64,000 nucleotides of DNA from a virus. The notes below the pieces were generated by a model, which did not search any database, was not told the DNA's origin, and worked only from the letters and a program-made list of their open reading frames with translations. The stretch lies in the IMG/VR virus record IMGVR_UViG_3300036985_009306, positions 1 to 64,000 of that record; one strand, written 5' to 3'. The position numbers were made by a program, and so were the translations under genes. Below are positions 9,009 to 18,630 of this stretch, piece after piece. Every line of letters begins with the position of its first letter. Position 1 is the stretch's first letter.

Positions 9009-11036
9009 ATGAAAATCGGATCTGTAGAAATACAATTATTTGACAAAAAAGATTCTTATAATGATGCTGCAAATAATGAACGAATGATAGAATTGCCGTT
9101 AGCTGAATGGTTTTTGAAAAAGCATAATTATTTAGAATCTATGATAGAAGTAGGTGCTGTAACACCGTATTATTTTGGGAAAGATCATCTTGTCTTTGAT
9201 CCATTTGATAAATATGAAAAATGCGTAAGGATTAAAGCTGAAGAAATTGATTATGCAAATAAAATACTTTTATCAATATCAACTGTTGAACACATATGCA
9301 AAAAATATAATAGTGGACCTATCGATTGGGAAGATGATTTAGCTTTAAAAGTTTTGTTGAAAATGATGAAGGCTAAAGAATATTTGATCACATTTCCTCG
9401 ACGTTTTAATAAATCTATAGATGATTTTGTAGAGCAAGAAAAAGAACACATAATAAAGCTTAAAAGAATAGAATCTCATGTTTGGCAAAAAGTAGAGTCT
9501 CTAGTTGATGTAGGTTTTAATCATCCGTTTTCTTGTGGTAATGGACTTTATATTGTGACTAATTGTAAAGAATTACTTGAAAGTGATTTTATGTTTGAAA
9601 GTATTAAAAGTCAACATGAATCAGTCTATAATGAAATAATTGTACAGAATCAATATAGAGTTTCAAAAGAAGATTTAGAAGAAAAGAATATTCTTGACAT
9701 TGGCGCCAATAATGGCATATTCACATTATTAGCAAAATCTTATAATGCTAACAAAATTATTGCTGTTGAATCAAATATTGATGTATTTAATTTGTTAAAA
9801 TCTAATGTCAAAGAATCTTCAGATATTTCTATCATTAATAAAGCAGTTACAGGAAAAAGTGGTAATAAAGTAAGTGTCATAAAACGTCCAGAATTTTGTA
9901 ATATAGATGGACGTTGTTATATTATGCCAGATGAGAAAGGCGACATAGAAACAATTTCATTAGATGATTTAATAAAAAAATTTGATGACAAACAAATTGT
10001 GTTGAAATTAGATGTAGAGGGTTCCGAATATGACATAATTTATGGGGCATCTTTGGAATTTTTAAAGAAGTGTTCAACAATATTAATAGAGATGCATGAT
10101 GATATGGGAGCAGTTTCAGGTAAAATAGGTCTGATTGAAAAGTTAAGAAATAATTTAAAAGAGATTGGTTTTAAAGAAACTTGGATTTATGACTATGTAA
10201 AAAATGTAAAGATTGCAAGATATGATTTTATGGTAGAAGTAACTGTAGTGATTTCAGAGTATTTGAGACCTGAACTTTTGTTACGACAGATAGAGTGTTT
10301 TCAGAAACAAACACTTAAGCCTAAGGAGATAATAGTTTGGCAGACTCAAGTAGAGGGACAAGAAGAAGCTTATAAATTAGAACATTCTTATTCTAATGTC
10401 TATATTGTTAAGACTAATCATGATTTTAAATTACCTGCAAGATTTGTCATACCTTTGTTAGCAAAAACTCCTTATGTGTGTCTTGTAGATGATGATGTAT
10501 TTCCGGGACCAAAATGGTTAGAAGAATGTAATAGAATTTTTATGAAAGACAATGTGGTGGTGTCCCCTTATGGTATAAAATATAAAAAAGAAACACAACA
10601 CGATATGAATTCTGATCAATATGGAGATAATGGAAAACATAATGAGTTACCTGTCAAAGTAGATATTGGGGGACATGGTTGGTTTTGTCCGACTAGATTC
10701 TTTTTGTGTTTTGGAATGGAATCTTGTTTGGATGAGAGAAGAGGAGACGATATTCATTTCGCTTATTGTCTTAAAAAGTATTTAAACATTGATATTATGG
10801 TTTCTCCTTATCCAGAAAATAATAAAGACATTTGGGGCAATTTGGATTCAGAAGCAGGAATGGGAGTAAAATCTCTTCATGCCAGAAAATTTGAAGATGA
10901 GAAGATATGGAAAAATTTAGACAGAAAAGGTTGGGAGTCGTCAGAATTGCAATATTTGAAAAATAATTTAAATGATTTTTGTTGTAAGAGAGAAGAAATT
11001 GTTAAAAAATATATTAAATCAGGTTGGTTATTGTAA
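9009..11036 (+). CDS. MTase-like + FkbM methyltransferase + GT-A glycosyltransferase fusion
   Basis: IEVGAV/SISTVEHI; ILDIGANNG...LKLDVEGSE; VTVVISEY...VCLVDDDVFPG. Confidence 0.8.
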   Translation: MKIGSVEIQLFDKKDSYNDAANNERMIELPLAEWFLKKHNYLESMIEVGAVTPYYFGKDHLVFDPFDKYEKCVRIKAEEIDYANKILLSISTVEHICKKYNSGPIDWEDDLALKVLLKMMKAKEYLITFPRRFNKSIDDFVEQEKEHIIKLKRIESHVWQKVESLVDVGFNHPFSCGNGLYIVTNCKELLESDFMFESIKSQHESVYNEIIVQNQYRVSKEDLEEKNILDIGANNGIFTLLAKSYNANKIIAVESNIDVFNLLKSNVKESSDISIINKAVTGKSGNKVSVIKRPEFCNIDGRCYIMPDEKGDIETISLDDLIKKFDDKQIVLKLDVEGSEYDIIYGASLEFLKKCSTILIEMHDDMGAVSGKIGLIEKLRNNLKEIGFKETWIYDYVKNVKIARYDFMVEVTVVISEYLRPELLLRQIECFQKQTLKPKEIIVWQTQVEGQEEAYKLEHSYSNVYIVKTNHDFKLPARFVIPLLAKTPYVCLVDDDVFPGPKWLEECNRIFMKDNVVVSPYGIKYKKETQHDMNSDQYGDNGKHNELPVKVDIGGHGWFCPTRFFLCFGMESCLDERRGDDIHFAYCLKKYLNIDIMVSPYPENNKDIWGNLDSEAGMGVKSLHARKFEDEKIWKNLDRKGWESSELQYLKNNLNDFCCKREEIVKKYIKSGWLL

Positions 11037-11046
11037 AGGATTAATT

Positions 11047-12744
11047 ATGGATGAGAATCAAGAAAAATTAGAGAAAATGTTGAAGTCTGTTTTAGTAGAA
11101 CAAACAAAACAAATGACACAAGATATGGAAAATCAAGAACAACCAACTAATGTTGATGTTACTTGTGTAGTTTGTACTAAAGATAGATATTTTTCAACAT
11201 TGCCTTGTTGTTTGATGGCAATAGCTCAACAAACTTATAAACCTAAGACTCTTATTATTTTTGATGATAGTAATGAGTTTAAGCCAGTAGGAAATGTTGA
11301 ACCTATTTATAGGACAATATTCGATTATCTTTTGATCCAAGGTATATATTGGTATCATGAACCAGGTAGAAAAATGGGTCAAGTGTATAGCCATATTAAA
11401 TCATTACAACTAGCAAAAACTGAGTGGATTTGGAGAGTTGATGATGATGAAGTACCAGAAAAAGATGTGCTTGAAAAATTAATTCGTAATATAAGAAATG
11501 ATGTAGGAGCGATTGCAGGATTAGTTTTACCTGCAGGAAGTGCTGCTCCTATGCCAAGAATTGTTCAAAACAAAATTGAGGACATTTATTTAGGGTTTAA
11601 TGAACAGTGGTATTTGCATCTAGATGGAGCAAGACCAAAAGAAGTTGATCATTTATATAGTTCTTTTCTTTATAGAAAGTCTATTGCAAAGTATAACACA
11701 GATTTGTCTGTTGTTTGTCATAGAGAAGAGACACTGCTTACATTCGAGATGAGATTAAAAGGGTTTAAAAATATAATCGATCCTTCAGCAAGAACATGGC
11801 ATTTTAGAAATCCTTCAGGAGGAATTCGATCTCATGATGATGTGAGCTATTTTTCACATGATGAACGAGTATTTTCAAACAAGTTAAATGAATGGGGAGT
11901 AAAACCAACAGATTTTTCTCATGTAGTTTTAGATAATGGTATAGGTGACCATTATATTTTCAAATCTATTTTACATGAATATTTTGAGAAAAACAAAAAC
12001 AAAAAAAATATTTTTTATGTGTGTTTTCCAGAGGTATTTGAGGATGTTCCTAATATAACTTTATGCTCTATTATGGAAGCAAAGATACTTTTTGGAGAAT
12101 CATTAAATTCATTTAATACATATAAGTTAATGTGGGATTGTAATTGGAAACAACACATATTAAAAGCTTTTAGAGAAGTATATCATCTTGAAGAAATAGA
12201 AAGAAAACAAGTTATAGAATCCGGGAAAGGTAATACAATAGTCTTAAGTCCATATAGTCAAAGTACTGATAATCCTAAAAGTTATCCTTTTTGGAAAGAG
12301 TTAGTTCCATTATTAAAGACATTGGGGTATAAGATTATACAGATAGGTAAAAAAGGTGAGGAAGAGTTACAGCAAGTTGATGAAATTAGTTTTAATCGAA
12401 CTTTTAAAGAGATAGAGGAATTGATAAGGAATTGTAGATTTTGGATTTCTGTTGATAATTTTTTGCAACATCTTTGTAATAATATGGAGAAAGTTATTAG
12501 AGGTGTTGTGATATTTTCAGAGTCTGATCCTGAGTTATTTGGTTATTCATATAATAAGAATATTTTAAAGTCAAGAAAATTTCTTAGATCTCAACAATTT
12601 GGGGAATGGTATGATATAGTGGATAAATTAGATGAGAATCAAAAGCCTATAAAAGTTAGAGTTGTTCAAAAGCAACATTTAGAGTATTTTAATAGACCAG
12701 AAGAAATTTTTGTAGAGATTAAGAAGTTTTTAAATGAAAAATAG
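11047..12744 (+). CDS. GT2 + GT9-like glycosyltransferase fusion
   Basis: Start reassigned to ATG 11047 (MDENQ). VTCVVCTKDRY, WRVDDDEVP; C-terminal KSYPFWKEL...IIQIG...ISVDNFLQHL. Confidence 0.8.
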   Translation: MDENQEKLEKMLKSVLVEQTKQMTQDMENQEQPTNVDVTCVVCTKDRYFSTLPCCLMAIAQQTYKPKTLIIFDDSNEFKPVGNVEPIYRTIFDYLLIQGIYWYHEPGRKMGQVYSHIKSLQLAKTEWIWRVDDDEVPEKDVLEKLIRNIRNDVGAIAGLVLPAGSAAPMPRIVQNKIEDIYLGFNEQWYLHLDGARPKEVDHLYSSFLYRKSIAKYNTDLSVVCHREETLLTFEMRLKGFKNIIDPSARTWHFRNPSGGIRSHDDVSYFSHDERVFSNKLNEWGVKPTDFSHVVLDNGIGDHYIFKSILHEYFEKNKNKKNIFYVCFPEVFEDVPNITLCSIMEAKILFGESLNSFNTYKLMWDCNWKQHILKAFREVYHLEEIERKQVIESGKGNTIVLSPYSQSTDNPKSYPFWKELVPLLKTLGYKIIQIGKKGEEELQQVDEISFNRTFKEIEELIRNCRFWISVDNFLQHLCNNMEKVIRGVVIFSESDPELFGYSYNKNILKSRKFLRSQQFGEWYDIVDKLDENQKPIKVRVVQKQHLEYFNRPEEIFVEIKKFLNEK

Positions 12745-12814
12745 AATAGATAGACCGAAATAAGGCACTATTCCTTCAAATAACAACAAACAATTTTAAA
12801 AGAAGGAGAAGTGT

Positions 12815-13636
12815 ATGGAGTATCGTCCGCATTTAAAAAATAGTGCTGATGATTTTTTTGCTGCATCAAGTTTGGGTAACACTGTTGTTGGAGTTCTTTT
12901 TGAAAAAACTGGTCTTGAAATTAAAACAGCAATTTCTACTCGACTTAATTTGATTGTCAAAAAGATTTCTGATTACTCTTCTATTGCGTCAAAAATAGAA
13001 AATTTTATTGATGAAAAGAGAGAGATTCTTAAGAACTATGATTCATTTTATCAAAGCAGGAGAGATGAAAGAGAAGCTTTATTGATCCCATATCGTAGAA
13101 GTATTGAAGAAGTTATTAAAAAGTGTAAAGATGTTACTTTTTCATTTGATAGAGAGAGTTACAAGCAAATTTCTTCTAAAGCTTTGACATTTGAAGATGG
13201 GTTTGATGAAGCTGAAGTACATTTCAAAGAGGTTGATGAGTTTTTAAAGATGGAAGAAGATATTGTGAAAGCAGTTCTTGAAGCATCTAGTTCTGGTTTC
13301 TCAGGCTTATCTGGGTATTCTGGTTTATCTGGAACATCTGGGTATTCTGGCATAGGTGGATTTTCTGGAAGTGAATCGGGTGAAAAAGAGAATCTTGAAG
13401 AGATCGTTCATAATTATTCGCCTACATTAGAAGATGAAGCTTATTCAAAGATGTGTACAATGAGGAGCATTCTTATAAAATATTTTGAGAAACTTGAAAT
13501 GATAAAACGTGTTATTAAAAAGCTTGAACTTGAGCATAGAAGATTAGATTTGATTATGAAGAATATTGTAGATGATAGAAGTTACAAACTTGACTTGATC
13601 AAACTCTCTGCTCTTGGTTTTGAAGATTTTCAATAA
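12815..13636 (+). CDS. Helical/coiled-coil hypothetical protein with an internal G-X-S repeat insert
   Basis: SD AAGGAG; SGFSGLSGYSGLSGTSGYSG segment within an otherwise E/K/L-rich sequence. Confidence 0.85.
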   Translation: MEYRPHLKNSADDFFAASSLGNTVVGVLFEKTGLEIKTAISTRLNLIVKKISDYSSIASKIENFIDEKREILKNYDSFYQSRRDEREALLIPYRRSIEEVIKKCKDVTFSFDRESYKQISSKALTFEDGFDEAEVHFKEVDEFLKMEEDIVKAVLEASSSGFSGLSGYSGLSGTSGYSGIGGFSGSESGEKENLEEIVHNYSPTLEDEAYSKMCTMRSILIKYFEKLEMIKRVIKKLELEHRRLDLIMKNIVDDRSYKLDLIKLSALGFEDFQ

Positions 13637-13657
13637 GGAGAATGGATAAAAACAAGG

Positions 13658-14053
13658 ATGTTTTTCTCTAATTTAACTATGGCTGAATTTGAAGTTTTTG
13701 TGAATGATAAAAATTTAACTTTAGATAAAATGTGTAGTGTATTTTTTGAAATAGAAAGCAAAAGAGAAATACCTGTTAGAATAGATATAATAGAATAAGA
13801 TTTAGAAAATTTAAGAAGACATGAAAATTTTAGAGATATGTTTGTTCAAGTTACAAGTACAGAAATATTAAGAACAGGTCTTATAGGATCTTTTTTGGGT
13901 GCACAAGTTTGTCTAAGTAGAGACTTACAAACAACTTTGACAAGTGACCATGAAAATATATACAAATTAACGTATAGAAAGAAAGAAACGATACCAGAAG
14001 TAAAACCTTCTTATAATGTAAAACTAAAATTTATAGCCAGGAGTATCCAATGA
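13658..14053 (+). pseudogene. Interrupted ORF resembling a fragment of an HK97-type major capsid protein
   Basis: Same frame from ATG 13658 through an internal TAA (13796-13798) into the 13838 ORF: FFEIESKREIPVRIDIIE*DLENLRRH...TEILRTGLIGSFLGAQVCLSRDL. Confidence 0.45.
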
Positions 14054-14733
14054 ATAATAAAAAGACTTTTGTAGAAAAACTTAATGGTTGTGGAGAAATC
14101 AAGTATGAATTGTCTGAAGTACATAGTCGAATAATTGGAAAGATTAAAGATGTTTATGAGTTAGTATTTAAGAGAGAGAAGAGAGATTTTCTCATGCTTA
14201 AAAATATGATGTTTTTCAAAGCAGGCATAGAAAATCCTGATTCAAGACCGAGACTTCATGAACAATTGGATAAATTTATTAGTCTTATAAATCACTATGA
14301 TTTTCTTGGAAACAATGAAATTTCTAATTATCTTAAAGAACAAGGTATAGAAATAAAAGTAATTGCTCCACAAATAGAAGATGGTCCTGTAAATGTGATA
14401 AAAGAAGACACAAAGAAGTTTGAGAAATCTTGGGAATTTTCAATGGTAGGAGAAACAGCTCCTGCAACAAAGAAAGAAGTTCTTAATATGATTTTGGATA
14501 GAGCTTTAGATGTTCAAAAGGTAATAGAAGATAAAAAAGAAAAGATTGATAATGACGCAGAAGATGTAGAAGCAGAGTGTCTAGTTAAGAAACCATTTTT
14601 TATGAAGGCTGTGTCCATAAAAGTAACAGAGCTAAAGAAAAAGTCCGTTGATAATGAATTGAAGAAAATTGAAGACGATATTGTTAGTAATCAAGAAGTA
14701 GTGGATGTTTTTGACAGCAATCCTAAAGTTTAA
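14050..14733 (+). CDS. Hypothetical charged helical protein (weak resemblance to DsbA/GapR-type dsDNA-binding proteins)
   Basis: 227-aa ORF with ATGA overlap; the family resemblance is tentative. Confidence 0.7.
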   Translation: MNNKKTFVEKLNGCGEIKYELSEVHSRIIGKIKDVYELVFKREKRDFLMLKNMMFFKAGIENPDSRPRLHEQLDKFISLINHYDFLGNNEISNYLKEQGIEIKVIAPQIEDGPVNVIKEDTKKFEKSWEFSMVGETAPATKKEVLNMILDRALDVQKVIEDKKEKIDNDAEDVEAECLVKKPFFMKAVSIKVTELKKKSVDNELKKIEDDIVSNQEVVDVFDSNPKV

Positions 14734-14819
14734 CTAGAGCCATTCTCGAGTTCATCTAGTTAATTCTTTTTGTTCATCAATAGTTTCCCCATATAAATTT
14801 TTGTTGTAATTTCTAGTTA

Positions 14820-14838
14820 TTCTACTGTTTTTATACAG
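14820..14838 (+). promoter_or_regulatory. Degenerate copy of the recurring intergenic motif (putative promoter)
   Basis: ttctactgtttttatacag, 15/19 identical to the 15961 copy; ~50 nt before ATG 14891. Confidence 0.35.
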
Positions 14839-14890
14839 TTGAGTTATTTACAAAGGCAAAATTCTCAAAACAATAAAATAGGATCAAATT

Positions 14891-15439
14891 ATGTCTCAAC
14901 TTAAGAGTCTCTCATTTGAATCTATGCTTTGTTCAATAGTAGTTCCTCAATATAAAAGAGCAGCACAGCATTTGGCTGAGATGGTTTTTGTTGGTGCTAC
15001 TCTCACAACAGAAGAACTCAAGAACATGATCAATCATCTTCTTGACTTGTTAAATGATGAACACAAAAAAATACCTTTTAAAGAAGAAAATAATGATCCT
15101 CTTACATTAAAAGATAAACTTCCTTCAAACTTCTTTGGATACGATTTTAGCAGAGCAAAAAATATGACTGATGTTTTTGAAACTATACATAAATTGATAG
15201 ATACTACAGCAAAATTTAATGATAAAAAAATGCAATATCTTATTAAATCTTTGAAGAATATGCTTAAACCAAATTTGAAAAATATTGGTTTTGAAGTTGC
15301 AAAAAATAAAGTGCTTTCTATATTGCGTTCTTTATTTCATCTTGTAGATGAAATGCCAGAAGATATTGAACTTAAAAAGACTGTTAGCCCTCAGGAATTA
15401 AAAGAAATGCAAGATAGTGGAGTCATACCCAAACGTTAA
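14891..15439 (+). CDS. hypothetical helical protein
   Basis: 182-aa ORF. Confidence 0.75.
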   Translation: MSQLKSLSFESMLCSIVVPQYKRAAQHLAEMVFVGATLTTEELKNMINHLLDLLNDEHKKIPFKEENNDPLTLKDKLPSNFFGYDFSRAKNMTDVFETIHKLIDTTAKFNDKKMQYLIKSLKNMLKPNLKNIGFEVAKNKVLSILRSLFHLVDEMPEDIELKKTVSPQELKEMQDSGVIPKR

Positions 15440-15446
15440 GAAAAAG

Positions 15447-15857
15447 TTAATTTTCAACTCTTTCTAATATTTCGACATCAAACTTAGTTAGAGATTCAGA
15501 GAAAAACTTATTAAGAAGCTCAAAAAATGGATCATCTTTGAAATCTGAACAATCAACAAAGAATATGTTGTCTTCTAAAAGTTCAGGATAATCGGCTAAT
15601 TCTTCAAAATGCAAAGATGGACAGTTTAAAACTAGAATTGGTAAAGTTTGGTCAATAGAATAAGCTTTTTTAATAAAATCTAAAACATTCATTCCTCTAG
15701 TTTCAAATATAATTCCAAGTTTTTCAACATCGCCTTTTTTAATTGATTCGAGAACTTCTTCACAATTTGAATTTCCTATAACAATAGAGTCACTTTCTTT
15801 GGATATTTTATTTGCAAAACCAACAAAATTGGGATGAGTAATCAAAATGTTTTTCAT
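15447..15857 (-). CDS. Hypothetical protein, possible degenerate receiver (REC)-like domain
   Basis: Alpha/beta alternation (MKNILIT...EEVLESIKK...GMNVLDFIKK...LPILVL); no Asp at the expected phospho-site; SD AAAGGAA upstream on the - strand. Confidence 0.65.
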   Translation of the reverse strand: MKNILITHPNFVGFANKISKESDSIVIGNSNCEEVLESIKKGDVEKLGIIFETRGMNVLDFIKKAYSIDQTLPILVLNCPSLHFEELADYPELLEDNIFFVDCSDFKDDPFFELLNKFFSESLTKFDVEILERVEN

Positions 15858-15960
15858 AATTCAGTTCCTTTGTTTTAATATATCACAAAAAATTGTGTGT
15901 TTGCCAATTTTGTTTTGTTAGTTTTCGTTATCGTTTGTGATCTAGATATCTGCCAATTGT

Positions 15961-15981
15961 TTTTCTATAGTTTTTATTAAG
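15961..15981 (+). promoter_or_regulatory. Recurring motif TTTTCTATA[G/C]TTTTTATTAAG (putative phage promoter)
   Basis: 20/21 identical to 28817-28837; lies in a divergent intergenic region, 78 nt before ATG 16059. Confidence 0.55.
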
Positions 15982-16058
15982 GATAGAATATTAAACTTTA
16001 ATTTTATTCAACAAAAATTAATGTAGAGGAAATTTATAAAAATTAATTGGAGGTTATT

Positions 16059-16292
16059 ATGCAAGTAAAAACAAGTGATCTTTATTTTGCGGCTTTTTTA
16101 CAATGTCTTGGTTGTAAAATTGTTAAGACTGACAAGCAAGCTTCAAAATTTACTTTCATATTTGAAGATTCCGAAAATATGGAGAATATGAAAGAAAGTT
16201 ATTTTAATGAAGGTGTCGAAAGTTCTATCCCAGCTTTGAAATATGCAAACACGATTCGCTCTCTAAAAACACTTTTATACGTTCATAATTGA
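16059..16292 (+). CDS. DUF5659-like small protein
   Basis: GGAGG SD before ATG 16059; TSDLYFAAFL...FTFIF...ANTIRSLKTLLY pattern. Confidence 0.7.
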   Translation: MQVKTSDLYFAAFLQCLGCKIVKTDKQASKFTFIFEDSENMENMKESYFNEGVESSIPALKYANTIRSLKTLLYVHN

Positions 16293-16327
16293 AGTTCAGA
16301 ACATATTTTGAAATTTCATAATTAAAA

Positions 16328-17296
16328 ATGTCTTCATTTAATTTTAGCATTTCTATTTTAACTCCAAGTTATTTGTTTTCTATTCCTCTTGTGAATGGAG
16401 GAACATACAATTTTACTGTAGACTGGGGTGACAGTAATCCATCAGACATAATAACTACATATGATGGAGGAACACATACATACTCTATACCTGGAACTTA
16501 TATTATAAGTATGTCAGGTACTTGTACTCAATTTGATTTTTTAAATGGCTTCTATGGACCTCTTAACTCTTCGTTAGTTAGACAAGTTTTAAGTTTTGAA
16601 GACATGGGATTCACAATCTTATCATTTGGCGGTTGTACTAATTTAGTCTCTATTGCAGACAATATGTCTGTTTTGACTAACTTGAACACAGCAGAGAATA
16701 TGTTTAGCGGATGTTATTCGTTGTTGACTATTTTTGGTTCTATGTTTAGTGGAAGTGCGGGAATAACAAGTTTTAAAAATACATTTGCAAATTGCACAAA
16801 TATTTTTATCCAACAAGATTTACCAAGTGAAATATTTTCTAATAATACTGCTGTAACAGATTTTACTACAACATTCTTAAATTGTGTTTCTCTTAAATCT
16901 GTTCCTACAGATCTTTTTACGAACAATTTATTAGCAACAACATTTCAATCTACATTTCAGGGTTCAGGAATAGTTTCTCTATCTACAGCAGGAGTATTTC
17001 AACAAAATAGTCTGGTGATAAATTTTTCTTCAACATTTGCTAGTTGTAAAGATTTGCAATTAAATCAAGTTATATTTTGTCAAGAAAATCAAAAAGATTT
17101 AAGATTTATAAATAAATCAGTTAATTTTAGTTCTTGTTTTTATGAATGTTTTTTAGATGAAAATTCTCATGGAACATCTCCTGATCTTTGGAATTATAAT
17201 TTTGGTACAGAAACACCTATAAAAACAAATTGCTATTTTAGTGTAAAATACGAAAGTTTAACTAATTCTTCGGATATTCCCAAAGATTGGTTGTAA
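16328..17296 (+). CDS. PKD-like + BspA/DUF285-like leucine-rich-repeat surface protein
   Basis: FTVDWGD...HTYSIPGTYII; repeats of FxxTFxNCxxLxxxPxxxFxNN; C-terminus IPKDW. Confidence 0.75.
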   Translation: MSSFNFSISILTPSYLFSIPLVNGGTYNFTVDWGDSNPSDIITTYDGGTHTYSIPGTYIISMSGTCTQFDFLNGFYGPLNSSLVRQVLSFEDMGFTILSFGGCTNLVSIADNMSVLTNLNTAENMFSGCYSLLTIFGSMFSGSAGITSFKNTFANCTNIFIQQDLPSEIFSNNTAVTDFTTTFLNCVSLKSVPTDLFTNNLLATTFQSTFQGSGIVSLSTAGVFQQNSLVINFSSTFASCKDLQLNQVIFCQENQKDLRFINKSVNFSSCFYECFLDENSHGTSPDLWNYNFGTETPIKTNCYFSVKYESLTNSSDIPKDWL

Positions 17297-17299
17297 AAA

Positions 17300-17704
17300 A
17301 TGAGACAAAAATCAGAAGCAATAGAATTTTTCTTAAAAGAAATGCAAGCTGAATTATGTGATATGTCACAAGTATCACAACAGAGTCAAGACCCAAAAGA
17401 ACAAAATGAGCCAGTTGGAGTTCCACAATCAATAGCAGAGTCATGTGAACCCTGTAAGGGTTTTTCTTTTTCAGAGTTAAAGAAAAATGCTCGTATCATT
17501 GTCATGTTGACTGCTTCAAATTTGACATCAATGTATAAAAGTCAAGGAAGAAATGTTATTGTTGATGATGCAAAATTTATAGAATTTAGTTTGGGAGGTA
17601 GTGAGTTAATAGGACAATTTAAAATGTCTTATTTAGATGGTGAAAATAGGTTTGAAAGTATGGCTTTTGTTGCATGGAATGGTACAAAATTAAGAATATT
17701 TTGA
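17300..17704 (+). CDS. hypothetical protein
   Basis: 134-aa ORF directly after the previous stop. Confidence 0.75.
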   Translation: MRQKSEAIEFFLKEMQAELCDMSQVSQQSQDPKEQNEPVGVPQSIAESCEPCKGFSFSELKKNARIIVMLTASNLTSMYKSQGRNVIVDDAKFIEFSLGGSELIGQFKMSYLDGENRFESMAFVAWNGTKLRIF

Positions 17705-17819
17705 TATGAGTATGGAAAAATTTAATAAAAGAAATTTTGTCATCTAAAGAAACAATTTTTAGAGTTTTCATTAATAAAGTTTATTTTCCAAGAGAAACTT
17801 GGCCCGAACTTCATGATGA

Positions 17820-18020
17820 ATGAGACTCATAAAAATAAAAGCAACTTCAAGAACAGAAGCAGCAAAAAAAGCTTGGGAACTAAAAAGTAAAGATTGGTTG
17901 AAGAAAATGAATCCCAAAGTTACATCGATAAGAAGAATTTCTTTAAATGTTAATGATCCAAATTCTCCTGGTAACATAGCCGCAAGTAGATTACCTCCCA
18001 TAGAAGTTTATAGAGATTAA
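17820..18020 (+). CDS. small basic hypothetical protein
   Basis: 66 aa, K/R-rich. Confidence 0.55.
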   Translation: MRLIKIKATSRTEAAKKAWELKSKDWLKKMNPKVTSIRRISLNVNDPNSPGNIAASRLPPIEVYRD

Positions 18021-18480
18021 TCTAGAGTTAGACGACATAGGCTCGAGTTCATTAAGATACTTACATGTATAGAAACCTAAAGCACTTTAACAAATTCATT
18101 AGACATATACTAGAGTAATTTTTGTTTTACAATTTAAACCGGTGAGCGCGCGTTTCATTGACTTTTAACTTTTCTAAAGTTAATTAGATGTACTAAAAAA
18201 TTGCAAGCATTCCTTTGCGCGTAGGCGCTCGAACGCGCAAGTCTCATGTAATTTTCTGTTTTCATCAAATTTAGTTTCATTTTTTTAACTAGAGTGAAGG
18301 CTCATTAAATTTTTTTTATTCAATTGCTTGCGAAATGAGTATAATATGTAGGGGTTGTGAAAAAGTATTAGCGCTTAGATTATCATATAAAATATATAGT
18401 TATTTTATATTTCTTTTTACAAGATAACTTAAAATTAAATTTAGAAAGCTCAGGAGAAATCGTGAGCTTTTTTGTTATAT
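18021..18480. other. Non-coding region with GC-rich complementary segments (candidate structured RNA or origin)
   Basis: No ORF. Hairpin ttgcgcgt-N10-acgcgcaa at 18215-18240; CTAGAGT three times; ends at a terminator. Confidence 0.45.
18445..18476 (+). terminator. Rho-independent terminator
   Basis: aaagctca-N10-tgagcttt followed by ttt. Confidence 0.7.
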
Positions 18481-18630
18481 AAGTCAAAAGATGTGAGATA
18501 GCAACAGTTAAAATAAGTTAATTTGACAGGAGATTTTATATATAAAAGAATTAGTGAAAAAATGAATAAAATGTTGATGTATGAGAAAGCATATCAAGAA
18601 CTTGTTCAAAAGTGATATAAAAAGACAAAA

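Noticed and set aside
16328-17296. Diversity-generating retroelement target in the LRR gene
   Set aside because: No template repeat or reverse transcriptase in the window.
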